Of a DNA stretch of 64,000 nt, positions 14,407 through 28,600 are shown one piece after another. Origin of the DNA: Antedon mediterranea (lineage: Eukaryota; Animalia; Echinodermata). How positions within the stretch are numbered: the stretch's first letter is position 1; the number at the start of each line of letters is the position of its first letter. Both the position numbers and the translations under genes were made by a program. Under the pieces are notes generated by a model that was not told the DNA's origin, did not search any database, and was given only the letters and a program-made list of their open reading frames with translations. Location: positions 5,518,001 through 5,582,000 of the forward strand of contig NC_092671.1 in assembly GCF_964355755.1 (NCBI RefSeq), written 5' to 3'.

Positions 14407-15229
14407 TATGGAACGCCGTTTACGCAACATTTCGATGATATGAATTTTATGACGCGATATGTGAATGAAATGCATCGATATGAATTGAATGGCGTGATAT
14501 ATGAATGAAATGTTTTGAATTGAATGCTTTGAATTGAATGTTTTGAATGAAATGTTTTGAATGAAATGTTTTGAATTGAATGTTTTGAATAAAATGTTTT
14601 GAATGAAATGTTTTGAATGAAATGTTTTGAATTAAATGTTTTGAATGAAAATGAATGTTTGAATTGAATTGAAAAGTCAAACTATTGGCGGCGTATGTCA
14701 TTCCCGCTCGCGATTTTTTTTCAACCTCTTAATAGGCCTAAGCATGGGTACCCTCATCTCCTTTCAACGCTGTCATCAATATGAATCCTTTACAGAGACT
14801 CCCTAACAGACCTGAAACATTGGAATACATATTTCCGAACCCAGGTCTGTTAGGATTCTCTGTAAAGGCAGCGTGGAAGAAAGGAGATGAGGGTCCCAGG
14901 CTTAGGCCTAAGAGGTTGAGAAAATAATCGCGAGCGAGAATGACATACGCCACCAATAGTTTGACTTTTCAATTCAATTCAAACATTTCATTCAAAACAT
15001 TTCATTCAAAACATTTCATTTAAAACATTTCATTCAAAACATTTCATTCAAAACATTTCATTCAAAACATTTCATTCAAAACATTTCATTCAAAACATTC
15101 AATTCACAGCATTCAATTCAAAACATTTCATTTATATATCGCGCCATTCAATTCATATCGATGCATTTCATTCACATATCACGTCATAAAATTCATATCA
15201 TCGAAATGTTGCGTAAACGGCGTTCCATA
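14407..15229. mobile_element. Foldback-like palindromic element with about 400-bp arms
   Basis: arms TATGGAACGCCGTTTACGCAAC... / ...GTTGCGTAAACGGCGTTCCATA, 27-nt loop (14815-14841), 14-bp tandem arrays, TATGTA on both flanks. Confidence 0.9.
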
Positions 15230-16451
15230 TATGTATGTTTAAGACTTTATTAAGAAATCTGTCCTTCAAAATTATTAACAACACTGCATTATTTAATTTA
15301 CATGCTAATCCTAAACGGAACAAAATAAGTTTGTTGTGAAGTATCATGTATTTCTTAAAATTAAGTATTGATAATGATAACTAGCGCTAGGGTGAAGGTC
15401 ATTGGAAAGGTCATTCATGTGATGATGTAATGGAGAGAAAAAAAAGTCATTGGTATGGGGGAAAGTGTCATTTTGAGGGAAGTGTGTTTAGCCTAAATAT
15501 CTATAAATCACAAGAGAATAAGACCTCCTGGGGGTTTTCCCACTATCACATAATATTATTATTTTTTGCACTTTACTTTGTATGCTGTGAAAACAAACCC
15601 ATTAAATATTTCTCTAGATGTTTCAGCCTCAATCAGTTTTTTTTATAAAAGAAATCTGATTTTAACAATTACAATACATAGACTACATAAATTCCATAAG
15701 CTCAGAATTTATATAGAATCTATTGACACCAACAAATGCCTATAAACAACATGTTCCAAAGCTAAATTAATTATCTCTTCTCCAGGTGTGAGTTTGATTT
15801 ATGAAAACCAGTGTCAATATCATTGCCAACTTTAATTTCTGATGAAAAGTTTCAGAAGTTGTTTATTTCAAAATTTAGAACTAACCAAGTACATTTAATG
15901 AATACAGGTGTCAAGGTGGCATGTAGGGCAGTTGTGATGAACACCTGCTTCCACATTTTACAAACTTTAAATTTTTAGACTGATGGTTTGTTCCATTCTT
16001 GACCTATTGCTGACCAGTCCATCTTTCCAATCAAATCTGTTCATTTAGATCAAAGTGTATGCTTCAGGGGATGAAGATACGTATTTTCACAAGTAAACTA
16101 TTTAATGAGAAAACCAAATTAAAATAACCTTTTTGATCCCTGTAAAAAGAGGGACTAGATTACATTTAATGAAACGCAAATTGGATAGATAAAAATGTAG
16201 AGTGTATTGCACTCAAAAACTTAAAGTAAACTTGTTAGTAAAGTTTTCAAAACATGGTTTATGTATAATATATAGTAGTACTTATTTAAATGTAGGAAAG
16301 CGTGTTATTAGTGCTTTGGGAATTCATGTTATAAAAAAGATATTTTGTTCATCCTGAACACTAGTTATAAAAGCAAGGCGACACAAATTTGAACACAATT
16401 TATTTGTATTTCACAATATTTTTTATTAAACTTCCAAGAATACAAATCTTA

Positions 16452-17092
16452 GACCCCATTTACACTTACGTTTGGGTCCTGGGCCGGTTGCAAATATTTA
16501 CCTTTTAGGCCGGCCCCACAGCGTTTACACTAGCGACGCAGATTACTGGTCGTAAATAATGTTATCGGAAGTACCATTGCATGCTGGGATACGAAGTACA
16601 GTTTGTTTAAATTTTTCTCTCTCGATCGTCAATTCAACTCTCCGCGCGAACCGACCGTTTTATATTTATACTGTATTGTTGTTTTTTGTCCCATTAAAAA
16701 CAAAATGAACCCCACTGTTTTATATATAATATGGCTGTATTTTATGTATATGCGAAACAAGCGGAGGAATACTTTATTGAAAGAAGATGTCTGAAAATAA
16801 ATTTAACTATATAAATGATGAAGAAAACAAATTGTCGCCCGAAAAGGAGGAAGGTATGTACTGAAAATGTCGGATCGTCATAACAACAACCTCATAAAAA
16901 GGTCAAACGTTGTTCACAGTTCACTGCGTAAGCCGGCCCAAACATAAAAGCCGCTCCTGAACCTACCTGGAGAGGTGGCACAGATCTGCGTCCGGCCCAG
17001 GGCCGGCCTAACTTTTTGGAGTATTTACACTTATCAATTGCCGACCCAGGGCCGACCCAGGGCCGGCCTAAATCGTAAGTGTAAATGGGGTC
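16452..17092 (-). mobile_element. PIF/Harbinger-type MITE, copy 2 (641 bp), inverted relative to copy 1
   Basis: near-identical reverse complement of 11488-12148 with an about 20-bp deletion; TTA TSD on both sides. Confidence 0.88.
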
Positions 17093-19299
17093 TTAAATAC
17101 AATATGTAGTTTGTTGCCAAGAATGCTCAAACTTTTAAAAAGATATATTAAAGGTCAAAGGTAACTATTACTACCTCTTTATTGTTGTTTATGCAGAATA
17201 AATCAAAGCTAAGCTAGCAATTTTGTTCACCAATATGATGAATCGGTGTATTATAAACATGATTAAAGATTATAGAAAATAGTAGCACTTTGTTAACCAT
17301 TCTTATTTGCATCGCAAACCATAAATCTTAAATATAAATTATAAATACTTTTTGGAATTCTCCTTGACTCTATGACAATTGTAACGGTTGATGATTTTTT
17401 ACAGTATTATGTATACAGCCCCACACATCCTCTTCTCCCACTTTCACTTGTATTATTTGCCTAAGCTGCATCATATCATAAACAAACAATAACCAATTCA
17501 TTATTCAATTACAGCAACCACTAACCTGTGTTGGTTCCAACAATATTTAACCACATAATCGGTTATTTTGTGGGGGATCCTTTTCTTAGTTCAAAGCTGA
17601 AGAGACTTTGTCTGGTTAACAGATATGTTTTGTGTTGCAGCTAAAAATTGCATAACAATTTCAGAACGGTTTAAAAACAAATTAATATCTGTATATATAT
17701 ATATTTGCGTATAGTTATGGAGTTCTTTAACTTATAAATTCTAAGGCCTTGCAATTAATTGTCTAGTCTTTACTAAATAAATGATTTATTTTGTTCATTT
17801 TGCAGATTTTTGCAATGATAGAATATACCATGATACATCAACTGAATCATCAGCTAAAGCCACTTACCATGCATTACAACAATAACTCGTAACGATATTC
17901 TAGCTTTAATAGCCCGTGTTATGCATGTTATAAATCAAAACTGAATTGTGTCTCATTTCAACCATGGAGTATTTCAACTTACAATGAATTCCAACAATTG
18001 AAATTTAATAAGATGGTTAAAAATATTTTTATTGTGACATGATTTTATCAATAAATATAGCCATATGAAGGAATAAACATTGTGATTGAACCCATTTTAA
18101 ATCCATAAACAAGCTTTTTTTCACGAAATTTAGCCCAGTCAACTTGCCCATGTGACTCCAGTTATCATAGCTATCCAATATTTTCATGTTAAAATCTTAG
18201 AAATAAATTGGACTATTTTATATGAATTTGTGAACATTTATTAAATATTTCAAATCATACTGTCAGTACTTTGAATAGTATGACGTTTGAAATTTATTAG
18301 ATTAAGTTTAACATTTAAATCTTTTTTTACTAAATTTGGCATTGATTGACTGTACAAAGATATACATGTAGTTTGTGTTGTTTAGTTCAAATTCTTGTTT
18401 TATTAGGATTTTAAATACATGTTTAGAATTCTTAGAGTTTATAGAAGAATTATAACTAATACTGTGGTTTTCTATTATTTTCTGTTTCATTGTATCTTTT
18501 TCTAAGCAACCACAAAATATGAAATTTATTTATAATTCACAACGGAATATACAGTAGTCCAATTCTGATATAGCCCTTTCGTAGCCACAGTAAAATCAAT
18601 CAGTTTCATGTGCACAATAAAAAGATGTATTATTATATAGTATAATATCTCTATGTTTAAACTGTACACACATATTGATTTCATTGTTTTATTATGTCCA
18701 GGCAAGTCTCATGTCAAGAGTCCACTCATTGGTAATTTTTTTAATGAAGACAGAATGACTGTTTCAAAAGCAACACACAACTTTTTTAATGTAACTCGTT
18801 ACCATCTCTTGCATCTTGTTAAAGTAATCCTTGAGCAATAGTGATATGTTGAGTGGTAGAATGATTGACAAGGAAACATTAGTTTAAGTAAAAATAACAG
18901 ATCTATCCATTTGTTATTATTTCATCGAATGTTGTCAAGATAATGAGTGAGAGACATCATTAGAGCTTATGTCCCAGTTGGATCTACTCTCTTTTCACAT
19001 TTATTTTATACTTATCCTTGTACAAGATGTAGGTGCATTTATCAATGCAATGAAACAGGTAACACATTTGTTATTTGAAGATCATTTGAGAATGTATTGA
19101 TTATTTGTTGGTCTGATAAATGTTTGGGCTGACTCTTGCTGTTTAGGGTTGCACCTGAGAGAGATAAATTGCTACACATATATACACCTTGCTCAGAAAA
19201 CTGAAATGAGGTTTTTTGTAGTACTTTCCTATAGTATAAAAGTAGTATATTGACTTATGGTATACAGTACATAGTTTGGCTAATACTACTACTACAGTC

Positions 19300-19490
19300 T
19301 GATTTGATTTGATTTATTTCGAAATATCCATAAAAATATATACATACAATTCAATTTGATAAAACAAGAGATGACTAGAAACAAATAAACTTACATTAAA
19401 CAGTACACTTACATTAAACATAAAAAATGGATATAACAAGGATAACACAAACAGTTTAAAATTAATTAAACTTATTTCCATTGTGGTCCT
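19300..19490 (-). mobile_element. LINE (CR1/L2-like) 3' tail remnant
   Basis: minus strand aggaccacaatggaaataag...aaataaatcaaatcaaatc short-repeat tail. Confidence 0.5.
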
Positions 19491-20704
19491 TAACAGTCAA
19501 CTCTCCCAAAACCAGAAACTCTCCCAAAACCTAGGTCCTCAAGGTTCCAAATTCAATTTTACCAATAACAACACATTTTGAGTATCAGACTTTACAGAAA
19601 ACCACCCAAAGGTGTCTGGTATTGGGAGAGTACAGTCTTCCTCCCTCTTGAAAGCTGCTTGCAATGAGCCTGACATCTAATTGATATCAACCTTGAATAT
19701 CGGTTGACTGGCAGATTGAGTGCAAATTGGTCTAAAAACAAAACAAATTGTCTAATTCATATGTTATTCTTTCATCAATGCTATCACGATAATGATGGAG
19801 GGACATCATTAGGCCTTAGGTAACAGTTGGATATTTTCATAATGTTCATCAAAATGATTGATTGAAAGATTGCTAAGACATTTGTGTGTGTATTTTCTTC
19901 ATTAACTATTTAATCAATCAATCAAAATCTTTATTTATTCACAAAAAAAAGTAAAACAGACAAGATAAAACACTTTTTTACCAAAAGGTTTTCTTCTGGC
20001 AAATTTCCCCAATTGTAATCCAAAAGATAGGGCATCAACTTAAAGATCAGCCCTTCATTTCACTATGTTTAGGCCATGGGCCCTCCCTATTGCAAAATCC
20101 TGGAACTGTCACTGACATGTTTGTGAAAACAGATAAGAAATATTATAAAGGAAAAGTTAACTACTGTCAAGAATGTAGACTTTCTCCAAGTCTGTATTTA
20201 TTGTCTTTTTTATGTCATTCCACACGTCGTCATTTTGATTTTTGTCTGAAAATACACTCAAGTATACACGTATGAAACGCCATATGTGCAAAAATATTTT
20301 TAGAGCAAACATGCACCACCATAGTGAATAGAAATAGCATAAAATATGGGTAACCTCTCCCACCTCAGCCCATATCCATCAAATTGTTTTATTTACAGCA
20401 TTTCCTTCCACAATAGAATCCTCAGATTAGTCTTTCTGATCCAGTGAAAACCTGTTTCTCCTTGAAATTGTTATGGAATTTCTTCATCATTTTGCGGTAA
20501 TCGCATCATTTCCGTTGATACCACACCTTGTAGTTCTGCTGTCTGCTTCTTTAAGTATAGTATTAAAATTCTTCTCAAAATGCATATTTTGTAGATCAGG
20601 AAGATGAGATTAAAAGAATACAACAGAGCTCATAAACTGTTCCTTCGTTTTTAATTTGTGTACCTTTTATTGACCTACAGGAAAATGTGTTAATTACTTC
20701 TCTA

Positions 20705-20827
20705 CAGTAAAATCCACAAGACAACATCCCTATTAAAGGGACAGTTTCTCATGAAATAAACAAGCGATTATATATGTTTTAATACTACAAACACTTTGTT
20801 GGTGTTCCCTTATTAGAGGTTCTACTG
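20705..20827. mobile_element. Tc1/mariner-like MITE
   Basis: TA-CAGTA...TACTG-TA ends, ccctattaa.gggaca motif. Confidence 0.6.
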
Positions 20828-21393
20828 TATTTGTGTTTTGAAAGCAAGCTGATTTACATTATATTTATTTATTTACACAAATTATACAGTAAAAAGAACT
20901 GTATACAAAAAGTTGTTTTCAGCTAAATTCATTTTTCAATTAATGACCATGAGTGCCTTTCTTTTTTTTTCTTTTTTCTTTCCATTAGTAGTTCATGATT
21001 AGTACCAGACTTTAGTGTAGCTTTTGTGACTTTTATTAAAAGACTGACCTTAAAATCTATTTGTCTTTTTAGTGTTTATGAATGTTATATAAACAGAGCA
21101 AGGTGATGCTTATTAAAGCATTATGGCCTTTTTTAGACACAGAGTCACTAATTGGTTTATAATCCATTAAGTACATTATGATTATCGGGATGATTATTGA
21201 ACCAAAAAGATACTATAGTGAAGCATGGAGTGAACTATAGATGATAGCGGGGTTGAAGCAATCTATAGAGAATCCATATATTACCACCACAGTGAATTTT
21301 TTTTTGCAAGGAAGCCATTTTTATTCATCCTTTATAGCCAATTGACCACTTAAACTTCACATAGAACAGACAATCTTTGCTACTGTATCTAAA

Positions 21394-21503
21394 TTGTCCA
21401 GTATCATTGGCAAATTCCATAATACAGTTGACCATGTGTTCCACATGTGATGCCCGTATCAAAGACGCTATTATGGAATTTGCCTATAGATGATACTGGA
21501 CAA
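21394..21503. repeat. Inverted repeat hairpin (about 30-bp stem)
   Basis: ttgtccagtatcattggcaaattccataata pairs with tattatggaatttgcc...atgatactggacaa. Confidence 0.75.
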
Positions 21504-22507
21504 CTATATGTTATAATGGATATACAGCACTGAAATTTGGGTTTCCACTAAAAGGTTTTGTGTACGTAATTTATAACTATCAATCTTCTATCGTCTGGAA
21601 CTGAATGAAATAATCTGCATTTATATCAGCAATGAGGCATTGTGAAAGAGAAAACTGTATTGCTCTTAAAATACTTTACTATCAAAGACCATTACTGTGG
21701 CCCTGGTCATTTATTTGTCCATGTGTTAATTTTGTTGAAATATTTGCAATTGATAGGAAACAAAGACAAAGATTGTCTTGGCTCAGTGTGGAATTCAATT
21801 AGTATTCATACCTTACGAAATGGATAGCTGCAATAGAACAAGCTCTCAATAGTAGAATTTACAACGCATTGTTTACAATCTAACGACAACAATAGCGTAC
21901 CCTTAGTTTGACTTTGCATATTTAAAAAGAATGGAAAATTAACTAGGACTTGTTCAGGATAGTTTATTGACAAAGATTGTTTTTTGTTCTTTTTTTATTC
22001 TTTCTTTCTTCCTTGTTGATTGCAAGGTTAGAAATAATATTTTGAGTACTTTTTTACTATTTTTTCTATTAAAGTTTGAATTTGTTTCGGAAATGATCAA
22101 ATTTTAAATCGTATCTGACCTTGTGACCTATACCAGGACCTGCATTTACGTTGTTTTGTTTAAGATTCAAAGTAATTTATATGTTTTAAATCGAGCCCCT
22201 TTATAATATAATTCTACTGTTTCAGATACTGAGTTTAAAATCAACAGAATGCAAAAGAATGATTCTGAAGTCAGTCACTATTCATTCCTTTATATTTATT
22301 AGAAACAGAGTTTTGCCAAAATTGGTTTTACTTGCAAATCACATTTTTATTCAAGTCTTTCATTGATTATACTGTACTCTAACTTTATATAAACATAATA
22401 ATCATCAACTAATTGTGATGTTGCTAAGTATATGGTACTACTGTAGAATTTCTTAGTGTTATTATAGTTATTAATTTTATAATTATTATTGTTGCTTTTT
22501 ATTATAG

Positions 22508-22604
22508 ATGTTCGGTTATATGGATTAAATAGAAGAGGAGGCTTGGATGATGTTTCTAAGATAGAACTAAATGATGATGAAACACAACTGATTGTTGGAG
22601 CAAA
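22508..22604 (+). CDS. SEMA5: Sema5 exon a (first seen): VRLYGLNRRGGLDDVSKIELNDDETQLIVGA
   Basis: tag acceptor, gtaagt donor, LIVGA(K/R) Sema motif. Confidence 0.85.
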
Positions 22605-25600
22605 GTAAGTCAATCAAATCCTTTAATACAGTTACAGTAATTGATGGGGACAGTCAATAAAATTATTATTGGGGTTTTTCTCCGAAACTTCGAAAACTGG
22701 GAGACAAATTACTTCTGTTTTTCTATAAAAGAGTTATGCTAGAGATTCTTGATTAAAAGAAACCACATCAAATGCTTTACAGGTTAATATAATATTAACC
22801 TGTAAAGATATAGTTCTGATAAAACACTTTTTAATTGTTTTTATTTACATGATAATTTAATTTTCAATGCACATGTTTAACCATTTGTGGTCAAGGTAGC
22901 CATAAAAGCAGCTATAAAATTAGAATTTTGAAGACTTTAGGCCAACATCCCGCAATAATTTTGTCAAAAAAGTGAACCATAAACAGAACTGATTTTCAAT
23001 ATAAAAACTATAAACATAAATAAATAGCTTCCGTTTATCATGTGCACTTTAATATTCCCCACTGTCTACAGTTGACCCTTGATATAAAAGGTCAATTTCA
23101 TCCAGACTGTCCTGGTCCAACTGTTCCATAACTTTTCATCTTGGCCATGACCACTCTCCCTTTTGTAATTACTGACTGTACTATAATCAAAAAGTTGTTT
23201 TGTTGTTTTTATTATCCTTTTGAGAATGTTAATATTCATCCAATCACCTTTACTCATGAAGACATTCCCAGCAATGTACTTACTCCCACTGTAACTGATA
23301 AATCATCTCTGTTAACAGGTGGTCACAGGAGTCAAAGTAAAGGGCACTCCCCTCATTGTGTTTAAAAGCTTTTTCCATCTGTTCTTTAAAAACAAATGTT
23401 GTAAAACTTAATTAGTGCATGGAGAAATAATTATTTCTTCATGATTAGTGCAAGTAATTTTGCTTTAATGTTTTGTACTTTTTCCAATTTCCGATGGTGC
23501 TGATTGATACATTAATGAAAAGTCAGGATAGCTTTTGTTGAAAATTGAATTTTAATATGTTTTGACCTTCAGGTTTAAGACCCATTAACAACTTTCTTTA
23601 AAAGCTAACATGTTGATGAGATATGTAAACGTACCAGAAAATGGAGTCATTCAAATAATTTTTATGGAATCAAACACTCGGAATCTCTGAATAATTCAGT
23701 TAGATAATTGGTTTATATTCACCAAATTTTCAAAGCACTGCATTTTTTTATCATCTTCCAGGATATTTTCATTCAATTGCTGATCAATTTGTTCACCCAC
23801 CCCATTTCTAGTTCATGGATTAGAGTTTGTAAATAAATGTTACCAACGAAATACATTTGACAAATTCTGGCCCTCTTTACTACAGTAGCAGTAGCATCAG
23901 TCGTGTTAGTATGTAAACCTACCATAATTCAATATAGATATCAAATGTGATAATTTTATTAAATGGTTTCCAACTACCAGTAATTGCAGTGTATTGTTGT
24001 ACATTATATGGTAATTGCTCTAAGTTATTTTAACTTGGAATCTTACTTCACATGCTATCAAAAACGCCTACACACGTACAACAAATTGTCTCCACCAAGA
24101 ATCTAACAAACTATGGGTACCACAGTTAGACTTGCCAATAATTGCGTCATTGATCATGTTACGTTGTTTGGTAATTGACTTAAGTAATTCCAACTTGAAA
24201 TCTTCTGTGTTATCTTTTCTGAGTACTGAACAGATTTACAAGAAATCAATTAGATCAGATTAGGCTGTATTCACTGCTGCTTTCTATTTACGGTTTGTTT
24301 CCTAGATTTACTAAAAACTTGAGTTGGGCTTGATCCAATGTCTCTGTTAGACAGATGCTACATGTCGTGCCAACACGTATTAACCTGGTTATAATTCTCT
24401 GCCTATAATTACCATTTCAAATTGAACTTGCGACATACCCCGACCTATTCACATACCACACTCGAATAATGCATATATTACTTAAGTCTTACATGAAACG
24501 AATGGATTATTTTGAATTGAATTAGATAATAGTTTAGTTTGATAGTTGATCGGATAATCCAGGGATTTAATCTCTATATGACTTGTGGATTAGTAGATGG
24601 TGTAGATATTGAAAAACAAACACCATGTTTTTACAATCACAAACAAATCAAGCTTTATATACTTTTACCATTATTCTTTGTTTCAATATTTTTCTTTTCT
24701 TAGGTCTGATATTTTGAAATTTGAATAATTTTAAAAGATAATGAATAATGCTTTATACTCCTACTTTTAAGTTTAATTTAATAAAAACCATTTTAAATCC
24801 CCTTTTTAAATCCCCTTTAAATCTGTTTTGTATTTCTCTTTGTTTATCACAAATTAGAAAAGAAAGGGGACACATTGTGTTAGAGAAAATAATTACCTTG
24901 TAACCTAGAACCTAATCATTAATCCCTAGATTTAATAAGTGATTATTTTAAATGTTATGAGATTAAAATAACACTTTAATTCTAGATGTAGTTGAATTCT
25001 GAATTGTAAAATAACAAATGCCTCTTGTGTTTAAAAATCAGCAGTCTTTATGGTATATGTCAATATTCACAAAAATGTATGTTGAGTGATTCAGATTTGA
25101 TCTCTGGACATTGGTTTTTTGCCCTAAAGATACTTTACAGTATTGTTATAAGTCTATATGTTAAAGTTGATGAGAGGTCAAACATACCCACCTGCAAACA
25201 TTTCTAAAAATATCCAAAAACTATACACCTGTGCTGGTATAATAAGAGGTTTGTAATGTCCAGTTCTCCTAAACAATATCAAATGTCAACTCAGGAATAC
25301 AGAAATAATTGTGTTCTTTCTCAATTTCTTTGAGACGTAAACCAGTGGTCATTATATCTTTATTTTTTTATTTTATATCATTTGTTTGGTTATGCTTGAA
25401 TTACCAGACTTTCAATTATTAGTTGAAATCGTTTGCTTTAAATATTAAACTGAATGTCAATACCTCCCCGAATAATCATCAGGTATCAGTTTAAGTTTCA
25501 ACTAAAGAAATGTACCTGAAGCTATGAAATGGATGGATGGAGTATTATGTTGGTACAATAATACCATAATTTGACATTAAAACTACATGCCCAAAGCGAA

Positions 25601-28600
25601 ACATAAACTTTAACTGAGTATTATTTTACTGTTTACTTATTATTTTTTTTATTTCAATAGCCTTTTATATGCTTGAAAGGTTTACATCATCCTCTAGTTG
25701 TCGTTTACCTTCATGAAAAAAAGCAAAATAATCATTAATGATAACAATGTAAATTAAGTTTTAGACTAATTACCAGACAGATAACAAATTATTCCTCGTT
25801 ATCTTAACAAGTATACACCTCACTACCTTTTATTTTTGTGTTAAATTAATAATATAATAACTAGTATGGATTAATAGAAAGTAGATTTTAAACGGTAGAT
25901 ATACCTTACAATGTGATTTATTTACGAATCATTAGTACACAGAAGACTATTTAATGTCTTTATACTTTCCTCTCTAATTGTTGTCATCTAATAGTAATAA
26001 TAATTCTAATGAGTTTAAATAGAGTAATGTACCAAATCATGCAATGGTAATACAGTAGTAGTAACTGAACTATACTTTTTGTTCTCTTTGCTTTATGCCC
26101 GTTTACGTATATTTTTCATCTGGTGATGTCAACAACTGTCTTTGTTAGCAAAAGATTTCTTTCCCACATTTCTTTTATTAATTTGATAAACATGTTTGTG
26201 GTTTGACTCGATGTTTTACTGAAAAACATGGTAACATTTTGAGTTATTATTGCTAAAACCAATCAGTCTCGTTGAGGAGAATTATCTTAGAAGACAGAAC
26301 CATAAATTATTAGTCTACAGTTTTAAATTGAGATTAGCGGCATCTTTAGATTCTGAAACATTCGCTAGAAATAGATTATCTTTTTTGAAATCAGCAAAGG
26401 TAAATTAACAACTAGATTGTTCGCAAGATCCTTGTATAAAAGCGGCTAGAGCAGCGACATGATTATCTACGTTCATTCGTTCATCTCAAGAAAGTTAATT
26501 TCTTTTTTACATTTGAATTGATGAGTCATATTTCATTGTGTCTATTAAAGTACTGTTGTATATGAAAATGCAATCATTTGTAATTTTCTTTGCAATAATA
26601 TGAAATTATTATTCATGTTGTTATTAGTATATGATGTCCATACATATAAATATAATATTAACGATATATACACTTAATACATAACGTTCTAATAGTTTTC
26701 TACTAAACCATGATGACATATCCATGATATGTAAGTGTTGAGTGAGGGTGTTGGGAGATGGGGGTAGTTGGGGTCATGATTGCAGTGTTTTACAGATGTT
26801 GAGAAATCCACCCTTGTTGTTGCAAAAGGCTACCTTTTCCTACTAAGAAACTTGATGAATCATAATTTTAGAACTCTGGTGTGCTGATACTGGTTGTACA
26901 AGTTGATTAGTCTTTCATTATTTTCATGGGATAACAAACATTTTTGCCTCTTTTTTTTCAGAGATTCACTACTACAATTGAATGCTTCAGATTTATCAGA
27001 TATACATGTAAGTACAATTATGTTTATTCATAAACTTTTAAAGAAATATTTCATACAAATGGGCCTAATATACTTTAATTAAATAATTAGATTGGTGGTT
27101 TTTAGTATTCATATGTATTCAGATTAATTTAAAACTTACATAATTTAATAAAACATTGAATTTCACTATTGTAGGTTTTGAAGTGGTTTTAAAATTGTTA
27201 AATCGTTTCTTGTGAAATTGAAGATTTGTTATCTTCTTATTGTTCAATGTTACTACAATATATGTTAATGTTATAGTTGCTATTTTCAGTTGAAAAACTT
27301 CAAATATTTTTGTGTTTCTTTTCAATCTACTTTCTTAATTCATATCAACAATCCATAACACGAGTTGAAAGAAATGTTAAATGAAACTGAGTGTACGATT
27401 GATTTTAATAAAGATAAGATGGTAGATCAATTTATGTTCTGGCAGAATACATTTTGCCTACCTCAAAGATTCCTCAGCGTCTACCAAAAATGATTACGCT
27501 TTCATCATAGTCTAGGTGGCTTAGGAAATCGTTGTGCTAAAAAGCCACTGGCATGATCATGTGACAAGGGGCTGCTGTAACGACTTAATTGTTGTTGACG
27601 TTCTTGTAAACTTGATGTTGTTAATAAACTGTTGATTAAATGCTATGTCTCCAAGATGTAGTCAATAAGCTTGGGAATAACCTTGGACTGGCATTCAACT
27701 TCATTTCCATTTTTGAAGTTGCTTTATTTAGCTTTTTTAGGTGTCTGGAACACGACATCTAGCAAAAAACTTTCAGCCAACTATCTTCCTTTCAGCTCAG
27801 TGTGCTTTATCATCATACTCATGTAACAACTAAAAGTATATAATCTTAGGTGGGAGTAACACATTGATAAACAGAGCTAGTAAATACAGCTACAGTATCA
27901 AATCATGTCTAAAAGAAACAACTGCATTTTTCATAAAGTTCGAAACTTGGTTTAAACTGGTTATTTGACATTGAATTTCAGTTGAATTTTAGGTATTTAC
28001 ACTAGTACTTTATAAACCATTTTTGAAAAATTCTGAAATCTTGTTACAAAGGTATTCTCCATTATAAAAGTACCGGTAGGACTATCCAATCAATGGTTTT
28101 TAATATCATGAATAGCACTCCAAAGCTTTTTGCAAATTAGAAAACGAGAAAAGGATTAGTGTTACAGGTATTAGGCAGCACAATGATCCTCTGGAATGTC
28201 TCAGATCAGAAATGTTGATATCATTAAACTCAAGTTATTGGATGTTGTTTTTTTCTGTCTCGTATTCTGCAATTCACTAAATAATTAGAATGAACTGCAG
28301 ACAACTGGTACTGGTACATACATTGACCCTAATTTGATGATTTGCAAATTCTTATTGGAAAAGTTCTATTTGTTACAAGTTTAATATAGAGCATTGGGTT
28401 TAAATAGGTTTGTGAAGATCTCCAGGTCTCTAATTGAAATTTTAAATCAAGTCAGGTATTTTCTTACCGGACGTTGCGTCTCTGCCATAGATATATTTAC
28501 CACAGTAAATACGAATAGGAAGGAACCTAATTGTATGGTTCGTATGACCGAGTATAATCCCACCTCTTAATTTAGGATAAATTTCATAAACGTAATTAAT

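Noticed and set aside
14500-15135. 14-bp repeat arrays and ORF 14447-14701 as CRISPR or a repeat protein
   Set aside because: No unique spacers and no cas genes; eukaryotic context; the ORF is just the translation of the tandem array inside the foldback element
17806-17885. Candidate upstream Sema5 exon after tttgcag
   Set aside because: In-frame TAA before any good donor and no signal-peptide character
24050-24450. Possible decayed retroelement coding fragment (Cys-containing, minus strand)
   Set aside because: Frames are broken and no motif could be assigned with confidence without a database search
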